Shown here piece after piece: positions 1 through 27,100 of a DNA stretch of 64,000 nucleotides. Made by a program: the position numbers and the translations under genes. The notes below the pieces were generated by a model. It was not told where the DNA came from. It searched no databases and was given only the letters and a program-made list of their open reading frames with translations. Every line of letters starts with the position of its first letter. Positions within the stretch are counted from its first letter, which is position 1. This stretch comes from Phoronis australis (Eukaryota > Animalia > Phoronida): assembly GCA_002633005.1 (NCBI GenBank), contig NMRA01000435.1, positions 124,001-188,000 on the forward strand, given 5' to 3'.

Positions 1-1016
1 GTTATTTGACTTCAACGATAAAGTATAGGGTTGCTTGCACACTGAAAGCCGTTTTACTGCAACTAGAATGGCTAATCTTTGAAAAAAGATGTTTGTTCCT
101 CTCGTAAACTAGCAAAACGTTTTGCAGCAATTTGGAAATCATTTTTTAAATTTACATAAGTAAAAAGTGCCATCTGTCATTACGGAGCGATTCAGATTAA
201 AAATCTAAAATGTCTATAGAGGGCGCTGTTAGCAGGGAAAATTCTTCCAGTTGTTTAAGTCTATGGATGATTTTTGAGTCACTGAGTGTGGACACATTAT
301 GAGTCTGCATTGGTGCCACCTTTTGGAGAACTTTGAGACTCACCAAGCATGAGTGACCTTTTGTCATCTAATTATCAGGAAATGTTTTTCACCTTTCAGT
401 CAACTTTTTAGTTGTTTTTAATTTAAGTTGTCCTCACAAGTAGTTTAGATTTACATCAAAATATAAGCAAGTCACCTAGCAACATAAACAGTGTTGTCAA
501 CAGAAAATAGCTAAAACGAGGCCAAAAACGAGAAGGTTCAAAGATTTTCAAACCATTTTGGGATGATTCAAATCTCATCTTGTCTGAAAAGCATGAATAT
601 TCCTCCACTGTCCACGTCATCGATCACAGATTTATCGTCAAGTCATCAAACAAGACAGCAGCTGTTCGAGTACAGCCAAAAAAGAAATTGTAAACAAATT
701 TTTATAGCACTTAGAATTATTTTATCTGATTTTAGGATGATTGTACAGTATTTGTCCCCTTCGCTACAAGAAAAAATATTGATGAATGGAGTAGCCTTTC
801 AACCTCTTGGTGCAGTTGACTCTACAATTTTTGGCCCCTTGTTTTGAAGATATGACAGACTACCTCTCGGTAGAGTTTAGTGTTTATGAATTCCGCAGTA
901 TATTTATGTGTAACAGAGAGAACACATAGAATCACCCCTTGGTTGACCATCATGAGTTGCTTAAGCTGAGTGACCCTTTGTTGTCCACAAGATTCATCAC
1001 CTGTGTGATATCCTAC

Positions 1017-14470
<13,454 letters not shown>

Positions 14471-14818
14471 GGTGGCAGACTTTCCGCTAAACGGGTAATT
14501 CGTGGGAAAAGCCCGCTACTAAATACCAAAATAAAGTTTTTCTTACATGTCCGTAGAAAGGTTTTCCGTTCTCGCCCAAACTCTCGTTACTAAAAATAGA
14601 ACGAGAGAAAGGGTGTTTAAAACATGTACTTTATATAGTTTCGAATATCAGTAAAATAAATCAGATAATTAAGAAAAAATCACAAAGTTAGCTCAAAATA
14701 AGTTATTTTATTTTAAAATAATTTTATTTTTTGGGTATTTTTAATAATTTAACTATATACATTTAATTTAAACAAATCTTTTCACTAGTCCTTAATCACA
14801 CAGTTGGGAAGTCGTCAA
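14471..14818. promoter_or_regulatory. Bidirectional promoter region shared by MIB1 and CABLES
   Basis: Divergent ATGs at 14470 (-) and 14819 (+); 348-bp spacer with a very AT-rich core (about 14630-14780). Confidence 0.75.
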
Positions 14819-15180
14819 ATGGCTCAAGGTTTGCGGGAACGAAAGCAGAGCGCTCGCAGAAAGCTTGCGGCTTTCAATTTCTTGTCAAACATATCGTTGG
14901 ATGGCACCCATAAGGATACAAGACTGTCAATTTTCACTCAGAAAGGCTCGAAATCGATATTGCATAAGAACTTAAAGACGAAGGTCAGGGCCAAGGAAGG
15001 GGGAAATTCCCACCGTTTAAAGCCCATTTCTGATCAGGAGAGCCAACTCACCGTTTCAAGTTTTCCTTCGTCTTCTGTTTTTTCAACGAAAACTGGCGAC
15101 TCATCGTGTGGGTCTGGCATATTTCAATCTGCCTTTCATAAAGATTGTCTATCTCCTATCAATAATGCTTTTTTTCAAAG
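14819..15180 (+). CDS. CABLES: CABLES exon 1
   Basis: [34 protein letters not shown]; donor AAG|GTAATT. Confidence 0.9.
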
Positions 15181-18100
15181 GTAATTTCCCGTGGAGAACT
15201 TTTGTTATCATCTGTTGTGCTAGTACAAGTAGGCCTATATTTACCAGTTGATTTGACTGACACTGGTCGGATGTAGTAGTCCTTGCTTTAGAGAACCAGG
15301 CAATCACTGAATAACGGGACTGTTATTCAGTGGATGAAACTGGTTCTCTAAATCAGGGACCACATATCCTACCAGTGCTGATTTGACTATGTGTGTTGTT
15401 GTTCTGTGATGCCATGTGATGGTCATTCTCTTATGTAAATTTTTAAAGCACTTGGGAAATATTGTTGTAGACATGCTTACATCTCAATGTTATTCGCCAT
15501 CTTTAGCTTAAGTTCCATTTTTCTCCATGTTTCTGATAAATTTAATGTCAGAGAAATAGCCCAACTGGTTACTGTTAACCCGTTTCTCTGAACGACATTA
15601 AATAAAGATTCTTGATTCTTGAATCATGTGAGACTCTGTTAGCCACTAGCTAATGGGCAATAGTCTATATTAGCCGAATGGTGAGCATTCTTGATTGTTT
15701 TATCGGGGTTGCTGGTTCGATTCCCGGGCTCAGTAATCTTGGCAATTACTAAACGATGTACTTCAGTCAAAACTGTAAATCCATATTCAGTCTTTGCCGT
15801 CTTGTGTCATTAATTCTTGGCCATTTTTACAGATCAATATCGTTGAATACTACCAGTTCTGGGGATGGCCCCAAGAACTTGCTCGTTTCTGAAAATGTTC
15901 CCGCACTGACTGTCCATAGAGATGATGATGGGAGTTCAGCGTCATCTACCAACATTTTGTGTTAAGTATAGCCATTTATAGTGAAAGTAACATGTGTTAG
16001 TCCAACCGGAGAGAGGGACTTGATGGGCGTAGAGCAGAATCTGACTGAATGGCTGAGCAGGGGCGGATCCAGGATTTTTTAAAAGGGGGAGTCGGATCAA
16101 GGATTTTTTTTAAAAGGGTTGTCCAAGTCAACAATTTGAAACTTCTAGATTTGATATCTCTTAAACCAAGGACAAACCCTTGACCCCATCCCTGGATCTG
16201 CCTATGCTGAGTGCAAAAAGCAGGATAACTGTACTGCTTATCTTAGCTTGAGTTTAATCGAAAGTCTGACTACGGTATGCATGTATGAATTATGTTATCT
16301 TTACTGTACTTTGGAATGTTTGCCAAAGTTTAAGTAACTCGTGGATGGAAACTCGTTGTCCTGTCGTGTGAGATGTTGTCATTGTTAGTTTATACTTTCA
16401 GTATCCAAACGAACAAGAAAGGAATCCGAATACTCAGACATATTTGATGTCCAACATGAAATCAAAGTAGTTGACAAGTCCAAGTTGAAAAATCTTAGAT
16501 TGGGAAATGAGAGGTATTAAAGCTGTATTGTGTTGAAGTTAATGGACCCGAGTTTGGCGAATAAAGCGGTTAAAAATCATATCGAACTGATTTTTGTATG
16601 TTCTACATTAAACAGAATCACGACCTTTGACCGGGTCAAAAGAATTCCCAGAGCAGCTTGTCTGTATTCTCATACAATAAGCGCAGACCAAAATTTCCGG
16701 GAACTCCGATTAAATTGTTTATGATTGTGAGAGAATGCAAGAACATGTGGCTTTGAGGATTTTTTATACTAGGGTCAAAGTTCATGATTCGTTTCAATGT
16801 ATAAAATATGATAAATTCCCTTAATGTGAGTATTAGCTGCGTCTTATTCGCCAAACTCGGGTCCAGGAACTTTAGCAGAGCTCAGTTGTTATATAGTTAG
16901 TCAGAGAAAACACAAATGTTATGCTGTCTTATTCTTTTGTAACTACGTATCGGTTGAATTTTTTGCGTAAAGTTAAGCTTGTGTACTTAACAGTACTGTA
17001 CGGGGAAGCATTAGAATTTTACTGTACATATCATGTTTATTGACAGCAATAGTCCTTAGCTTATATTTGTGTTTCATCATAAACGTAAATTATATTGCAC
17101 AACTATATTTAAACAACATGGTGAGATACAGATCGTTTTTATTGAGCTTTTAAAACATGGGTAAATAAATGACAATTTCAATACTTATTTTGTTATGAGA
17201 CGAAAATTTATAATATGTTTTTTGTTTATGCTGATGTCCTTTCTCAATTTTTTCGATGTGGTTTCGAAATAGACTCTGATGTTTTTATATAAAACTCTTA
17301 CCGTTATATAATTGGTCTTGTCTCGTTCCTTATTCCTTACAAGAGTGACCCCTGGTGTCGAGAAGAACTGGTAATTCTTCAGACCAAGTGCATAAAATTT
17401 CATGGCCTGAAAAAATAAGCTACTGTTATTTCCTTTACATCCCAGAAATCAAATCTATTTTGACTTAGGAAAAATTTTATTCCAATTTCATAAAGTTAAA
17501 TGGCCTAAATGAGACTTTTGACGGGTTTTTGTCACTTAAGGTTATGTGGCATTGTATCGGCAAGTCTATGTATTTAGTTAAATATTGAATTATTGATATC
17601 AACTAAGTAAAAGGCTTTCTAGAACTAGAAGTTTGTAGAATCCGATTTTTGACTTTTTACAAGGCTGTCATTAATTGGGTCATGTGACCATCGCTCAAAG
17701 AGGCTGTTAGAGTTTTCTAAAGTATCCGTTTTTGTTTTGTGCTACTTTTAATTTTTTTAATGAAGATGCAGATAATTTCCAAATATCCTAAAGTATTTTG
17801 GAGAGCAGTGCACAAACCATTGTATCTGAAAATTCCATGTGAATCTGGCCGAGATGCCATTTCTGAGATATGATGTTTTGAAGGTAAATAAATTTGGACA
17901 TTTTTCTACTTAACCTTAATGAAGTCTAGAACATAGGAACTGTGTTATAACAGAAATCCTTTCGCACTGTTGACTGTGCCGCTGCTCAGCCACTGATGAG
18001 CACTAGTGAAGGCGGAGCTTAGCCTGTCAATCATATTGCAAATTATGTGTGTTTCTAGGTTGGTTCTGTTGTCCAAGACCAAAGCCCCGGTGGCAGTATT

Positions 18101-21100
18101 TTCCACTCTGCCATTCACGTTGACCAGATCTCAGACATCAATGACGGGCGTCTTCACCAAACTGGGGTACGTTGTTCACCAAATATGGTTGGAATATATT
18201 GGATATTGAATATCCAGGATTCAGAGGTTCAAATCTTGCAGTAGTTTGATGAACTTAGCCGCAGTTGAACTGTGTGAACTCTAGTTTATAATGTTGCATG
18301 TAAAATTTGGAGCCGTGCCATCTTGCCTGTAGGTTAAAAGGGTCTGAGAGGTATTATGTGCAAAAATAAAGTTTTCTTATGATGTAGCTTCACATAGATA
18401 TAGAGCTCCGTTTTCATGCTCATGAAGTTGTTGGTTTGTTCTTTTTCATAAAATATGCTGTTTTCGTGATCCATAGTAAATTTTATTTTCTGTTCTGACA
18501 TTTTCCTGGTTTGGGATTGTCCACATCTTAAAGATATGAAACTTTTTGAGATACAAGTTAATCCTGTACTAAAACTAACTTGATAAAAACAGGACGTAGT
18601 GACAGTTCACTGTTCAAGATCAGGCTGCAAAGTTGAACTTGTCTTGTTATGGGCTGAAATCAATATGGCTGAACAAAATAACCTGGTTCCATGACCGAAC
18701 ACTAGGTGACGTTACTAGTGGATTCAGTTGGCACAAGATGAATAAGTGAAACAGCCCACTGCTGAAAGAGGGCGCTGCAGTCAGCAATGTAGCTTTCTTA
18801 AAGAGTCCCATTATTTTTCTTTGACAGAACCCTCAGGGTGCTCTTTTTGAATGCAAAATTACAGGTACAGAAAACACCGGAATGCTTAACTAGTTTAATC
18901 CTTGTGTTGCAGAACGGAGGTCGTAGAAGGTGTCACTGGTCGGTTGCGTAAACCCAGTGGTCGACATTCTGCTAATGTTGACTTGATATTGGAAGGAAGC
19001 CTGTTAGGACACGAACCGATTGACGAGACACAGGTAGGGCTGACATGATTGTTATCTCAGTACAGTGGTGGTTGGAATGTAATTTGGCTATAGCAAAGCT
19101 CCATTAAATTCGAAAGTTAAAAGTGTTGTCACAGGTTTACTAGATTGGTAATGATATTCATGTGTGTAATGGAAAAGTACTTCTCGGAGTTATGGAAAGT
19201 TTTTAGTCTCGTCTTGAGACCTGCGTCGGGTGCAATGACGGACAACTGGAGCCTGGCCTGTATCTGTTATGTCATCATCATTCTCTTGTGTCGTGTCATT
19301 TGACCTCTGTCGGATTGTCAGAGGGAATAAATTCTGATAGGCTGCAGGAAGATCGTAACCCGAGTCTCCATTGAGAGACGGAGCGTGGCAACAGATCTCC
19401 ACCGCTTCTTACAAGTATTTGTCCTCCCACACCAAGAGGGTAGCATTATCCGATGAGACGTTGTTTGATGTCTGAGAACAGTGTTCACTAGTCGCTCACG
19501 CTGAGCTGGACAATATACTCGGGTGTTCCTTGATCCTAGTGCCGAGGTTCCTAGCAGTGTCACCCACATAGTGTGCATTACAGTCAGGACAGTGTTCCTT
19601 GATCCTAGTGCCGAGGTTCCTAGCAGTGTCACCCACATAATATGCATTGCAGTCAGGACAGTGTTCCTTGATCCTAGTGCCGAGGTTCCTAGCAGTGTCA
19701 CCCACATAATATGCATTGCAGTCAGGACAGTGTTCCTTGATCCTAGTGCCGAGGTTCCTAGCAGTGTCGCCCACATAATATGCATTGCAGTCAGGACAGG
19801 CAATTTTGTTGATAACACCGCATTTTCATCATCTCTTTTGCTAAATTTTACTAAAAAGACATGGCAAAAAAGTCAAAAATCAGATTCTACAATCTTTCTA
19901 AAAACATATTTAATGGTGTTTGAAACCACTTTAGATATAATATCTTATTTCTGAGGGGACACATGTCTTTATGTTTCATCTGGAAATTATTGCACATCTC
20001 TGACATCAGATTATAGTTACGGTTGTATGTTGCTATGGTTACAGGAAGTATCTTACTGCCAGTACCTGACTCCTACCAGGTACGGGTCCGATACCTGCGA
20101 TGGTCACTACGCTTCCTTTGACAATGTTTATGATTCATCACCTGGTGAGTTTATTCAAGACTTTTACCTAGTACGTTCTTCTGAAAGTGTGTTTGTGTTA
20201 GGCATACTTCACTGTCTTGTATGTGACTCTCTGCACTGTCAGCCCTGTACTCTGATATCTGCTCGGGAACTTTGAAAATGACATTGTGCTTGCACATTCT
20301 GAGCTTATAGCTTATGCGACTATTATGTTGGGACGCATGTATTTCAGATGCCAGTCTTGATTTATTTTGTTTTTGCATTTGTGAGAAGAAATTATTCAAG
20401 TTTTATAGAAAGTGAACTCCTCAGTATTTCTGTAAATCTACCTCATCTAGTGTGGAGCTCATGCGCTGTATTTTTGGAGTGTTGAGCTGTCATGAACTGG
20501 TTTGATATATGATTTGAAATTACAGATTTTTGGGCCTCTGAAAATTTGCGCAGTCTCGCTATAAAGACAACGTACTGGGGATTTCTGAAACAGCTCCCAC
20601 CAACAAATAGCCCCTGTAGAGGCTCTTTCAGAAACAAGGTTTGAAAACTTCCATGGAGCTTTTTTGTGGTCATTTTGATTACCTGATATGGAAAATGTGG
20701 AAATTAAAGATATTGTTAATTTCGTATTTTTTTAACGTTAAAATAACAATTTAAATACTTCAGTTGTCAATGAAGGTTTCATCTCTTTTAGTAGCTTAGC
20801 TGCTGACAAAGTGAACCGTAGTTTGGATTTCAGGTGTGTATACAATCAGGGCACACCAATCAGCAATGAAAGTTTCCGAAAAAAAACTCCACCAATTGTT
20901 TTCCAATAGAGCCTTTTTGGGAAAACGGAATTTCTGAAAGACCCCCAGAGTGCTGTTTTGGAAATCCAAGGTACAGTAGACGTCGTGATAAACAAAGCAG
21001 ACTGAAACTTATTCATCGCTGTGGAATGACTGAATTGTTTATATGTCAGAGTTCTTGCATGAGGGAAACACAATTTGACTTGTGACCTGAGTTCTGTGTT

Positions 21101-24100
21101 ACGAAAAGTGACTTCTTAAGACTTAAGACTGAAATTTGGTCTTACGTTCCACACAACTATTTCTGAAAAATAAGTAAATCTCACTTGAGAATATACATAA
21201 AACTGAAATTTACTTTTATTAGACAATTTATGTACATTATTTCTAGACTGCGTTGTGCTGAAAATTAAATTGCTAAACCTTTTTCATCTATTGTACAGTG
21301 GGAGCGTGAGACGAAATTTCTGTCTTATGTCCTCGCTCACTTTTCATGGAACAAATGCATGGGGTCATGAGACAATTCAGTTTGATAACGGAAGTCAATG
21401 TTTTCAATGATCTGTAACAAATACGCTTCTTTTTATGGCTGATTTTTATGACTCTGCTTTTTATGACTGATTTTTATGACTCTGCTTTTTATGGGTGCAT
21501 GGCTCATCACTTTCATTGTTGTTTAAATTTATGACTTGAATAACTCTCACAAATGATCCTCTCAATAATAGCCTTGTAAATGAAAAATGACAGTGGAGCT
21601 GTTGAAACATGTTGGCAGTTTTATTTACGTTGTTTTCATTACACTCTTTATTATTGAGAGGATTCTTTAAATTACATAACATGGAAATTTGGCTGTGACC
21701 AATATCAGGCATGTGTCACCATTTTCTCTGTTGTTGTAAACACTGTTATTTAGTTGGACTTGGTTTCACTCTTATCATTTGTCCGTTGACCTTTTTACGG
21801 ATCTCCCAAAGCATATAGAATTGCTTGGAAGTGCAGATTTATGGAAAGGCGTGACTTCCAGTTGCAAAACTACTCGTACTATTTGGTTAAATAGATTCTT
21901 CATTGTCTCCTGAAGTCATGTTAAAAAAACATTATAAACTCGTATTTTTTATTGTGCCCCAGATACCTAGTTTACTGAATCTTTTCTACTGCGTTCACAT
22001 GATGAAAATTTAGGCAGTTTTTCGGTGGAGAAAACGCTAGCATGGATGATCTATGCAAGAACGGGGCATTTTTGCCACCATTGTTTGTTGTTTTCCCAAC
22101 ATCCTTGTCATTTTTGAGGTAATTGGTGTAAATAAATTCAATATTACACCAGTCCTCTTTTTCTTAGTCACTCTTTCATCTTCCTACATGTATCTTTCAA
22201 ATATAAATAGTTGGGTGACGAAAGTGCAAACGAAAATACTAACAGTCTCGTAATAAGTTAAACCAGTAGTATAAAACGAGTGCCTCTTGCAACCGTTCAC
22301 ATCACTGGCATTTTGCTTCTAGCAGAAGTGCTGGTGAAAACGCTAGCGCTTTAACCATCATGTGAACGATGTATTGCACACTTTATGTACATCTTATTTG
22401 ATACAACCTGTACGATATGATTTTTATGGAACCGTCATCTGCACAACAGTTTCAGTGCAGTTTAGATTTCCCACAATGCTTTGCGCGGATAATTTCACTC
22501 ACCGTCTGTAAAGAGGTCAATGATAACGATGACTGGTTTTATGTTGTCTTGTGTTCAGTAGTCAGAGACCTGTTCAATAGAGGTGGCATAATGCGTTCTG
22601 GTAATCACTCTCTGAATGTTTGGGAGGCGGTGTCTTGCCTCAGTGTTTGGCTGTGGTTTGTCACTGAATGTTTGACATATCTACCTTACCTTTAGACTAA
22701 AAACTTCCTTCCCGTTGTAGACATTTTTCTAAAATTAGAACCGAGTTCATTTTGCCTAACATAAAGAGATTTTGGGGAAATTGGACCCTTCTGCATGTTT
22801 CTGTACTATTTGGCTAATATGCTCTATGGCATAATGTTTATTTCCATGAAAAAATAATCCCATGTCATCCAACTTCCTGTTAAATAGTTAGACCTCCCTA
22901 TTTTGATTTAATTCAAGAGAAATTTATTTGTGCCTCTTTCATAAACTTTACTTTCGTCAAGAAAACTGTAGAATATCCTTTAAAATTCTGTGAAATTTAC
23001 GCTTACAACAAGTTGATGTTAAGCTTTCAGTCAAGTCCAATGGTGCATTCAATAAGATTGGTGTTTTTCAAATTTGTCGAGATTACACTGGTCTTCATTG
23101 GATATTGCTATGTGTTATAGTAATCTAAATTCACTTGAATTTTGTTTAAAAATAATTTCTGAAAGTATCTAATTCTCAGTCTAGTTGCATTCATTTGTTA
23201 AAATGCTCAAATCTTGATGAAGTTGTTCTCATTTATTTTTGTTGAGAAATTTGACAAAGTAAAGTTCCACTTGACTTCCATCTTGTGTGTTGAATTGACG
23301 AGCGTTTACAGTACAATAAAAGCTCATGATCTCATTATCTTCTACAGTTTATTATCAAGCATTACTGAACGTGCTCTAGGTTTTTTGTACCCTTACGTAC
23401 TGCTTGTACGAACTGATGCCATGGTGACTTACTATTGAACGGGTGTCTGAATGTGCATGACTTTTGTTATGTTGTTTCCCCGTTCTAGCCTCTCCTCACA
23501 GTCCGTTCTTACGTAGCATTTCCTTCGATCCATCTCTCCTCTATCACAGAACGCCAGCCACCCCGAATATCCGTGAAAGAGGTAATGTCAGAGCGAGGAA
23601 CTATGAACTAAGGCTTTTGCGTGGAGAGATGTCATTTTCTGCTTCGCACAATCCAAGCGTTTCGGTTTTATAACATAGACAGGAATATTGACTATGACCA
23701 ACAGAGATCCACATTAAAGCAGAATGTTTCAATTGCATACTGCTGTAGAGAGTTCAGCTTGGTTTCAAAAGTAAATTGTGTGTTTTAAGTCACCACAGAA
23801 CTTGAAAATGTGCAGAAAGAGATGTCACATCAGGAAGTAATTCAACTATTTTGTGAATGCTATGGGTTTGCATCTACTGTGAACTTTGTGCCCATTACAA
23901 TAAAATTGTGACAGTGACAAAAAAAATGTATTCATTCGTGAACTCTTGCTGTAAATACGATATCTTGCCTCACAAAAAAGCTAGGATTTGGTTTTTATTA
24001 TTATTGTGGCAAAAACGAGACTTGCAACAAGTAATATCATGTGATGGTCATGTGGTGGGGAAAGAATAGTTATGTGCTGCCATTATTACTGTGTCAGTTG

Positions 24101-27100
24101 TGAAGTTGTGTGTTATCATAATTATTTTTGGGAAAATTTCTGTAGACAGATTTTCAGTTATTTAAACTTTTTGATAATGTTCTTAACTAAATTAGTTCTA
24201 CACTCCACACCAGTGCAACAAGGGGTAGCACTGTCAAAGGATTGTGAATCTGTCTTCTTATTGGTTAAGTGAAGTAACAATCGGCCATTCCAATTGGCTG
24301 GATTTTGAAAGTGCCTTTGTGACTTTTGGCTGCTGCAAGAACAACAGCAACAGACTAAATTGATGCAATCTATAGAAGGTCATGTTCTGTGATTGACTCA
24401 AGACAACACAGTGTTAAATGAAATTACAGAATGATTTCCATACTTTAGTGGTTCATTCTCAAACCATTTGTTTACGATAAATGCCCAATCCACGTGCACT
24501 GATGCCCATGCATGGAAGTCTGGTTGTCACGCATCGTCCTTGTACTACTGCTTCTCCAGAGGTGGCACTGTGCAGGAGTGTCATGTAAATTGTAATGTAT
24601 TTGCAGCAGAAATGATTCTTAATGTGGTCACTTGCTTGTTAGTAAGACTTTATCTATCCAGAAAAATCATTATCAAAGAGAAATTAAATCTGTACAACTG
24701 GACACCAGTACTTACTAAATTTTTTGATGTTCAGAATTTGACTTCACCAATGTCTACCATGCCAACTTGCTGGATGATCCTGAGTTGATGTCGGGGAAGC
24801 ACAGGAAACAGAATGCCTTTACTTCTTACCTTGTAAGTATGAACAGTTGTAATGGTAGATGGTGCTTGTAAGTATGAACACTTGTAATGGTAGATGGTGC
24901 TTGTAAGTATGAACACTTGTAATGGTGGATGGTGCTTGTGAGTATGAACATTTGTAATGATAGATGGTGCTTGTAAGCATGAACACTTGTAATGGTAGAT
25001 GGTGCTTGTAAGTATGAACACTTGTAATGGTAGATGGTGCTTGTAAGTATGAACACTTGTAATGGTAGATGGTGCTTGTAAGTATGAACACTTGTAACGG
25101 TGGATGGTACTTGGAGAATTTCATGAAAGGTATTCCAAATCTGGTATCCTATTCTGTCCTACCCTGGCACTAGTGAAATGAGTTCCATTTTTAGAACATT
25201 TTTTGTAGAAAATGGATGCCTGTTTGAAAAGGGGTGTTATTTAGAGCATTTTTTGTGGAAAGGGTATCCAATCAGAAACCAAAAAACTCGTCGAAAATTT
25301 TGATATTTTGACCCCTTGTTTACTCATAGGTACTGAGCTTACACTACACATAACCTTAGGAACTATGTCCAAGCGCCCTGTTAGAAATGTTGGATGCTTC
25401 TTTTTTCACTTATGCAAGATAGAAATAGCTCAGGCAGCTCTTTGGATAAAAACTTTTAGCTAAATTCTTAGTATTTTTTGAAACTTTTGGTGGAGCATGC
25501 CCCTTTTCTAAGACAGCTGTGTTCTTTTGTGGAGCATGCCCCTTCTCTAAGACAACTTTGCTCTTTTCAGACATCCGTGATACAGTACGTTAAGCCGGCG
25601 GATCTAAAGCGTGATTTAAACGAGCAGTTTAAAGAGAAATTCCCCAACATTCAGTTGACTCTCAGCAAATTGAGGAGGTGAGAATTTCGACTTTTCTAGA
25701 GTTTCTTGGGTTTTGGTTATGTAGCAAGAATGAGGAACTCTTGAGGTGGCGTTGGTGGCTACGGGCCTACTTTAAATAATGCATGCATTCGGGTGATGTG
25801 GGAGTTTTATCCTACAAACACACCTCCGTCCTGGTAAGCATTTTTCTGTTTTCATGACATAAATATATGGTTTTGTTCTCCCTTCGGATGTTTAGTGAAG
25901 CAGAATTCATATGCATTTCCCATGCAAGTATTTGGTAAGGGAAGGCTCGTTTGCATCAATAGTTTTCAAAGGCTACCAACTAGATCACCAACAACTGGGA
26001 AATGTGATATTTCTCAGTTGTATAGGATAGGTAATAAGATTGTTTTACTTTGTGACCGCAACAAATATTTTGGTGGATGTTTTAGAATGCCATGTTGTTA
26101 TTGAAACTCCAGGCAGGCTGTGTGTGTATCTAGTATTAAAACATGGAAAACATCGAGAGATAAAGTTCAAGTAAAAACTTCCATACTTGTATGCTTAGCC
26201 AAGTTTTCTCCTGAGGCCTGCTTTGAGTTGTGCAATTTCCATCTGGATCGTGGTGTTGTGCCTAATTCAATTACACATAGTAAACTTCTGGAGAGTCAAG
26301 TTCCTCCTCAAAGCAGTTTATTGGCAGAACGCATTGTGCTGATTTCGTGACTTTCCCCGCTTTAAATTAGTGTAACTCCTCTCATTACATTCTGACACGT
26401 ATTTCCTCGAGACGAATACAAAAACAACTTAGTCGCATCTATGAAAGTGTGAATTTAAAATTTAGCAGTGGACAGCCACAACCAAATTGGACATATGAGA
26501 CGCATATAAACTGTCTCCCGTTGAGGGGTCGAGCTCCAAATCTGAAGTACTGACTCCAGCCAAGGCTGGTCATTACCGACCGTAGTGAGCAAAACTTGAG
26601 TCACTCCTCTCGGGAGAAAACTTGGCACTGAACACTTATAAAGTTACGGTAAAAAATCTTCAGTTTGGGACACAGTATGAAGGACAGGTGAAATTTCATT
26701 TTGTCTCTAATTTCTCAGCAAACCTAACTTTTCATGAAAATCTGCTTTGCTTTTGGTATAATTTCCACGGCTTAGCTGTTACCAAACAACATTTGGTAAC
26801 ATTTTGAGCGCTTGCAACAATGTGATAAGCTTATGAAAAAAATGGAAATATGGCAATTTCAACAATTATTTTTGTCACAACTTGAAGAATTTTTAGTGTA
26901 GTCACCTAGTTTACTCTTGAATTGTTTCAGTTTGAAAAGAGATATAAAGAAGCTGCTGCATGTTAAATGTGGCGTCGACTTGTGGAGCGTTGCCACTGCC
27001 TACGTATTCTTTGAAAAACTAGTACTAAAAGGCTTGATCACTAAATGCAACAGGAAGTTGGTCTGTGGTGCTTGTGTATTGTTGGCTGGAAAGCTGAATG

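Noticed and set aside
15661-15735. tRNA gene
   Set aside because: A and B boxes are present but acceptor and anticodon stems do not pair; better explained as a SINE head.
19318-19954. Repetitive ORFs (166, 143, 92 aa) as novel repeat proteins
   Set aside because: They are reading frames through the 69-bp tandem repeat of a decayed Penelope element.
20443-21065. Long imperfect inverted similarity in CABLES intron 6
   Set aside because: Probably an old MITE, but ends and TSD could not be defined, so it was not listed as a feature.
24830-25113. 35-bp repeat array as a CRISPR
   Set aside because: Units are contiguous with no unique spacers, there are no cas genes, and it lies in a eukaryotic intron.
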